From positions 66,995 to 130,994 of the forward strand of contig JBNGDF010000003.1 of the NCBI GenBank assembly GCA_049975265.1: DNA of 64,000 nucleotides, given 5' to 3'. Made by a program: the position numbers and the translations under genes. Positions 59,232-64,000 of the stretch are shown in pieces. The stretch comes from Fidelibacterota bacterium (lineage in GTDB: Bacteria; Fidelibacterota; UBA2242). The notes beneath the pieces were generated by a model. The model was not told the origin of the DNA, made no database searches, and saw nothing but the letters and a program-made list of their open reading frames with translations. Position 1 is the stretch's first letter; the number at the start of each line of letters is the position of its first letter.

Positions 59232-60242
59232 GTGGAAAAAACACATGTCACTATCAAAGATATTGCCCGTAAACTAAACCTTTCCGCATCGACTGTATCG
59301 CGAGCCCTGCGCAATCACCCCGATATCAAAGAGGAGACAAAAAAGAGAGTGCGTGCCCTGGCGGAGGAGCTGGATTATCAACCGGATACCATTGCCCAGA
59401 GTCTGAAAAACCGGCGTACCAATATGATTGGAGTCATCGTACCGGAGATACGGCATGAATTTTTTTCGGGAGTCATCAGTGGTATCGAGGATGTCGCCTA
59501 TAAATCGGGCTATGCGATCATTGTTTCCCAGTCGAACGAAAATTATGAGAGAGAGCGGATTAATGTCAACGCCCTGATATCCAATCGGGTTGCCGGTTTG
59601 CTGATCTCCATTTCACAATCTACCAGGAACAGTGACCATTTCCGGCTGCTGGAGCGACAGGGGATTCCCTTTGTGTTTTTCGACCGGGTTTGTGAGGATA
59701 TTGACGCCAGTAAAGTGGTGGTGGATGACTACGATGGGGCTATGCAGGCAGTCGGGCATTTAATTGAGCGCGGCTACAGGAAAATCGCTCATCTGGCGGG
59801 ACCAAGTCACCTTTCCATAACCCAGCAGCGGCTGGAGGGGTATCTTTCGGCATTAAACAAGCATAACATATCGCCGGATGAACGGCTTATCGTATACGGC
59901 GGTCTCAATGAAGAGGACGGCTATACCGGTTTTGAGAGCTTATGGGCGTCCAACCGTCAGCCCGATGCCGTATTTGCCGTAAATGACCCGGTGGCAATCG
60001 GTGCATTTTCAAAAATTAAGGAGCTGAAATTACGGATTCCTCAGGATGTGGCGCTGGTCGGTTTTTCCGACAACCCGATCACGGCGCTCGTCGATCCGCC
60101 AATATCAACCGTAAGTCAGCCGGTGTTTCAGCTGGGTCAGACCGCAGCGGAGATTTTAATTAAGCAGATCCAACTGGGTGAAGAGTTTGTACCCCGTCGG
60201 GAAATTCTCAAGACGAGACTGATCGTTCGCCATTCGACCTAA
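59232..60242 (+). CDS. LacI-family transcriptional regulator
   Basis: TIKDIARKLNLSASTVSRAL HTH, IPFVFFDR, AVFAVND, VGFSD. GTG 59232 preferred because the ORF-track start lies in the operator. Confidence 0.96.
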   Translation: MEKTHVTIKDIARKLNLSASTVSRALRNHPDIKEETKKRVRALAEELDYQPDTIAQSLKNRRTNMIGVIVPEIRHEFFSGVISGIEDVAYKSGYAIIVSQSNENYERERINVNALISNRVAGLLISISQSTRNSDHFRLLERQGIPFVFFDRVCEDIDASKVVVDDYDGAMQAVGHLIERGYRKIAHLAGPSHLSITQQRLEGYLSALNKHNISPDERLIVYGGLNEEDGYTGFESLWASNRQPDAVFAVNDPVAIGAFSKIKELKLRIPQDVALVGFSDNPITALVDPPISTVSQPVFQLGQTAAEILIKQIQLGEEFVPRREILKTRLIVRHST

Positions 60243-60277
60243 AGTGCATGTAATACTAATCATAAAGGATTTTAGAG

Positions 60278-61885
60278 ATGGATCAACTGGTATTTAACTG
60301 GTACGACAGCCTTATTTTTCTGGTCTTTTTTGTTGTGGTGGTTGGTTTTAGCCTGTATAAGAGCCGCCGGGAACAGACCGGAGAGGATTATTTTCTCGCC
60401 GGGCGTGGTTTAATCTGGCCACTCATCGGTTTATCCATGATTGCCGCCAATATTTCCACGGAACAGTTTGTGGGGATGTCCGGGCAGGGAGCCGGGATTG
60501 CCGGCTTGGCGATTGCTTCCTACGAGTGGATGGCGGCGATTACCATGGTGATCGTGGCGATATTTTTATTACCTCACTTCCTGAAAGCCGGTATCTATAC
60601 CTTTCCTGAGTATCTGGAATATCGCTATTCACCAGTCGCTCGTAATATCATGGCTTTTTATACGATTCTGATTTATGTATTTGTGCTTGTAGCGTCGGTG
60701 CTCTATACCGGCGGTTTGACCATCGTCACACTCTTTCAGAATGCAACCCTTTTTGGTGCCGAAGTTACTCTGGTGAAGGCGGTCTGGATCGTTGCGATCA
60801 TCACGGCGGTTTATACTGTTTGGGGTGGACTGAAGGGGATTGCCTGGGCGGATTTATTTTTCGGATCGAGCCTGATTATCGGCGGTGTTATTACTTTGGT
60901 TATCGGACTGGATCGAGTAGGTGGATTCGGCGAATTTTACGCTGCCAATCAGGATAAGATGCATATGATTTTACCAGCGGATCATCCGGTATTGCCCTGG
61001 ACGGCGCTGGTGCTGGGTTTGTGGTTGCCGAATTTCTATTACTGGAGCGTCAACCAGTTCATCACCCAGCGAACTCTGGCAGCAAAGAGTCTCAAAGAGG
61101 GACAATTGGGCGTCATTTTTGCCGCATTTCTGAAAATTTTAACCCCTTTTATCATTATCATTCCGGGGATTATTGCATGGCAACTCTTCAGGGATCAGAT
61201 GACCGGGACGGGGGGCACGGATGCCGCCTTCCCGCTGATTATCCGGAATCTGATTCCGGGCGGGATTCGGGGATTCATTTTTGCCGCCATCGGCGGTGCC
61301 GTGATTAGCTCTCTGGCATCGATGCTGAACTCCGCATCCACGATTTTTACCATGGACATCTATTCCAGATTATATAAAAAAGATGTTGCCCAGAAAGAGA
61401 TTGTCCTGACCGGGCGGATTTCCACATTTGTGTTTCTGATTATCGGTTGTTTGATCGCCCCGGTGTTAACCAATCCGGCGCTGCAGGGGATTTTCACCTA
61501 TCTGCAGGAATTTCAGGGATTTATATCTCCTGGCATTTTTGCGGCTTTCGCTTTTGGCATGATCGTTAAAAAAGCGCCCAAATCCGCCGGAGTTACAGCA
61601 CTTGTGCTAAATCCGGTTATTTATGGGTTATTGCTGATCTTTGGTGGTTCGCTGCCGGTTTTCGAGAAAGTTCAAATTGTCCAGATTGCATTCCTGAACC
61701 GCATGGCGATTACCTTTATCATGATTATTATTGTGATGACAGTGATAACATACCTGAAGCCGCTGGCGCAGCCGGTCGAGATGCCGGTGAGGAAGGAATT
61801 CGATACTCAGGCGACACCGATTATCAAGTGGTTGGGAGCCGCGATTGTCCTTATCATTATTTTACTGTATGTAATATTTTGGTAA
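60278..61885 (+). CDS. Sodium:solute symporter (SSS family), probably galactose
   Basis: EDYFLAGR, AANISTEQFVGMSG, ASYEW, NQFITQRTLAAK, SLASMLNSASTIFTMD. Adjacent to galM and galT. Confidence 0.92.
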   Translation: MDQLVFNWYDSLIFLVFFVVVVGFSLYKSRREQTGEDYFLAGRGLIWPLIGLSMIAANISTEQFVGMSGQGAGIAGLAIASYEWMAAITMVIVAIFLLPHFLKAGIYTFPEYLEYRYSPVARNIMAFYTILIYVFVLVASVLYTGGLTIVTLFQNATLFGAEVTLVKAVWIVAIITAVYTVWGGLKGIAWADLFFGSSLIIGGVITLVIGLDRVGGFGEFYAANQDKMHMILPADHPVLPWTALVLGLWLPNFYYWSVNQFITQRTLAAKSLKEGQLGVIFAAFLKILTPFIIIIPGIIAWQLFRDQMTGTGGTDAAFPLIIRNLIPGGIRGFIFAAIGGAVISSLASMLNSASTIFTMDIYSRLYKKDVAQKEIVLTGRISTFVFLIIGCLIAPVLTNPALQGIFTYLQEFQGFISPGIFAAFAFGMIVKKAPKSAGVTALVLNPVIYGLLLIFGGSLPVFEKVQIVQIAFLNRMAITFIMIIIVMTVITYLKPLAQPVEMPVRKEFDTQATPIIKWLGAAIVLIIILLYVIFW

Positions 61886-61910
61886 TTAACCGAAAAAATT
61901 GGAGTGGAAA

Positions 61911-63104
61911 ATGAGCAAAAAGATCAATCAATATCGTGATATTGTTGCGATTTTGTTGGCTGTTTTCATGGGTTTTACCGGGATGAAGTGCGGAGATAAA
62001 TGCAGACAGGAACCGTTTCACAAGCAAAAAGGAAATGCGGAAATGACAATTAATAAAGAGGTTTTTGGGAAATTGCCGGACGGACGAGTGGTGGATCTGT
62101 ATACTTTGGAGAATCCAAAAGGGCTCAAGGTAAAAATTATGACCTACGGCGCCACGATTGTTGCGCTCGAGGCTCCCGACCGCAACGGTAACAGGCAGGA
62201 CATTGTGCTGGGGCATGATAATCTGGAGGGCTATCTCACTGAATCGCCCTATTTTGGGGCGGTAGTCGGGCGGTATGCCAATCGCATTAAGAGAGGTCGC
62301 TTTTCCCTGTCAAAGACATCTTCGATGGATAATGTTACCTATCAGCTGACCATCAATGATGGGCGAAATCACCTGCACGGCGGAGTCAGGGGATTTGATA
62401 AGGTGCTCTGGACGGCTGAGCCGGTAAAAGAGAAAGGTGCGGTCGGTCTGCGGTTATGTTACACCAGTCCGGATGGTGAGCAGGGGTATCCGGGTGAACT
62501 GAATGCAGTGGCGATCTACACCCTGACGGCGAATGACCACCTGAAAGTGGAGTTTCAGGCGACCACAGACAAGCCGACGATTGTCAACCTCTCGAATCAT
62601 AGCTATTTCAATCTGTCGGGACAGGGCAGCGGTGATATTTTGGAGCATGAGCTAATGCTGAACTGCGACCATTATCTGCCGGTGGATGAGGAATTGATCC
62701 CGACGGGAGAGATTAGAAGCGTGGAGGGCACCGCCTTTGATTTTACAACGTCGCAAGCGATAGGCGCCCGGATTGCCGAAGTGCCGGGCGGATATGACCA
62801 TAACTACGTCATTGACGGTGAAATCGACGAGCTGAAATTAGCCGCGATCGTGACCGAAAAGCAGAGCGGTCGGACGTTGAAATTGTCCACAACCTGTCCC
62901 GGAGTGCAGTTTTATTCAGGTAATTTTCTCGATGGTACGATTTGTGGAAAAGGGGGGAAAATATATCAGAAGCATGGAGCCTTGTGTCTCGAGCCGCAGT
63001 TCTTTCCCGATTCTCCCAATCATCCGAACTTTCCTGATGTCCGCCTGAATCCGGGTGAACAATTCCATCAGTATTCGATCTATGAGTTTGGAATTCAGAA
63101 ATGA
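61911..63104 (+). CDS. galM: Aldose 1-epimerase (galactose mutarotase), possibly exported
   Basis: GRYANRI, NHLHGG, GYPG, NLSNHSYFNL, GYDHNY, QFYSGNFL, CLEPQFFPD. Confidence 0.95.
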   Translation: MSKKINQYRDIVAILLAVFMGFTGMKCGDKCRQEPFHKQKGNAEMTINKEVFGKLPDGRVVDLYTLENPKGLKVKIMTYGATIVALEAPDRNGNRQDIVLGHDNLEGYLTESPYFGAVVGRYANRIKRGRFSLSKTSSMDNVTYQLTINDGRNHLHGGVRGFDKVLWTAEPVKEKGAVGLRLCYTSPDGEQGYPGELNAVAIYTLTANDHLKVEFQATTDKPTIVNLSNHSYFNLSGQGSGDILEHELMLNCDHYLPVDEELIPTGEIRSVEGTAFDFTTSQAIGARIAEVPGGYDHNYVIDGEIDELKLAAIVTEKQSGRTLKLSTTCPGVQFYSGNFLDGTICGKGGKIYQKHGALCLEPQFFPDSPNHPNFPDVRLNPGEQFHQYSIYEFGIQK

Positions 63105-63132
63105 TCATTTCGCAGGTATAAAAAAGAAAAAC

Positions 63133-64000
63133 TTGAGTATCGGTATCAGTAAATCGGATAAACCCCACCGCCGTTATAATCCTCTGACCGGAGAATGGGT
63201 ACTGGTGACTTCGCACCGCACATCCCGTCCCTGGTTGGGTCAGGAGGAAGAGCCTTCGGAAAGCCCAAAGGTCGAATACGATCCCGACTGCTTTCTCTGT
63301 CCCGGCAATGTCCGGGCAAGCGGCGAACGCAACGCGAATTATCGCAAAATATTCGTCTTCACCAACGATTTTTCGGCGCTGCTGCCTGACATTCCGGAAA
63401 GGCGGCGCGAACAATCACCACTGATTCAGGTGGATCAGGTACGAGGAATCTGTAAAGTGATCTGTTTTTCGCCGCACCACAGCAAGACGCTGGCGGAATT
63501 GCCCGAAGAGGGCATTGTGGCTGTGGTTGACGCCTGGATCGAACAGAGTCAGCTATTGGGGCAAACCTATCGCTGGGTGCAGATTTTCGAAAATAAAGGG
63601 GAGATCATGGGTTGTTCCAACCCCCATCCCCACTGTCAGATTTGGGCGACCGGCTCCTTACCAAATGAAGCCCGGAAAGAGGATATAAATCAAAGTGAAT
63701 ATTTTCGAAAATATAGATCGCCAATGCTGCTGGATTATCTGAAATACGAAATCGGCGAGAAAAAGCGGATCGTGGCTGAAAACGGGGATTGGGTGGTGGT
63801 GGTTCCGTTTTGGGCGGTCTGGCCTTTTGAGACGCTGTTATTGCCCCGCCGGCATGTGCTGCGACTGGCTGAAATTCACGATTCAGAGAAAGTGACATTA
63901 GCGGAAATTTTGAAGGTATTGCTGAGTAAATATGATAACCTGTTCAGGGTAGAATTTCCTTACTCCATGGGCTGGCATGGCGCGCCGCATGACGAGAACG
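63133..64000 (+). CDS. galT: Galactose-1-phosphate uridylyltransferase, 5' part (runs off the window)
   Basis: Not in the ORF track. Reads PHRRYNPLTGEWVLV...RPWLGQ...YDPDCFLCPGN...FTNDFSAL...FENKGEIMGCSNPHPHCQIW. Start at TTG 63133 or in-frame ATG 63082. Confidence 0.96.
   Translation, partial: MSIGISKSDKPHRRYNPLTGEWVLVTSHRTSRPWLGQEEEPSESPKVEYDPDCFLCPGNVRASGERNANYRKIFVFTNDFSALLPDIPERRREQSPLIQVDQVRGICKVICFSPHHSKTLAELPEEGIVAVVDAWIEQSQLLGQTYRWVQIFENKGEIMGCSNPHPHCQIWATGSLPNEARKEDINQSEYFRKYRSPMLLDYLKYEIGEKKRIVAENGDWVVVVPFWAVWPFETLLLPRRHVLRLAEIHDSEKVTLAEILKVLLSKYDNLFRVEFPYSMGWHGAPHDEN

Noticed and set aside
63101-63132. ATGA overlap plus A-tract before galT as a possible programmed frameshift
   Set aside because: That frame stops after six codons, and in-frame starts at 63082 and 63133 explain galT.
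1-64000. tRNA, rRNA, SRP RNA, CRISPR, IS, prophage or defence genes
   Set aside because: None recognised. Intergenic gaps are short and largely explained by promoters and terminators. An Rfam/Infernal scan would be needed to exclude small RNAs, e.g. at 47867-48014.

Overview
This is a gene-dense bacterial chromosome segment of roughly 50% GC (estimated by eye). It is probably from a diderm FCB-group lineage outside Bacteroidota, such as Marinimicrobia, KSB1 or Calditrichota; this is inferred from gene content, not proven. I saw no rRNA, tRNA, CRISPR array, prophage or IS element. Left arm: the 3' end of a PcrA/UvrD helicase, a YfaP-repeat exported protein, rnhA, a TPR protein, a DUF4159-DUF4175-TPR-'AsnB-like'-yjbQ operon, a DAACS transporter, isochorismatase, M24 peptidase, dusB and rpmB. 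Centre: a dcw cluster (mraZ to ftsZ, no murB or ddl) preceded by porU-maf-rodZ, then ffh-rpsP-khpA-rimM-trmD-rplS and pruA. Right arm: an accessory signalling locus at 46-59 kb and a LacI-controlled galactose operon (SSS transporter, galM, partial galT). The best candidate for an undescribed system is the 46-59 kb locus. It pairs an MBL hydrolase/RsbW-like kinase/STAS operon with a divergent LysM-FecR-Ig protein, a Cache-HAMP-PP2C phosphatase and a 15-PKD exported protein, and no sigma factor lies nearby. Other notable points are three small ORFs missed by the ORF track (one with a perfect consensus promoter and strong SD), a recurring TAAATT -10 element, candidate leaderless genes, an inverted MraZ-box array, and two proteins whose catalytic motifs suggest a different annotation.
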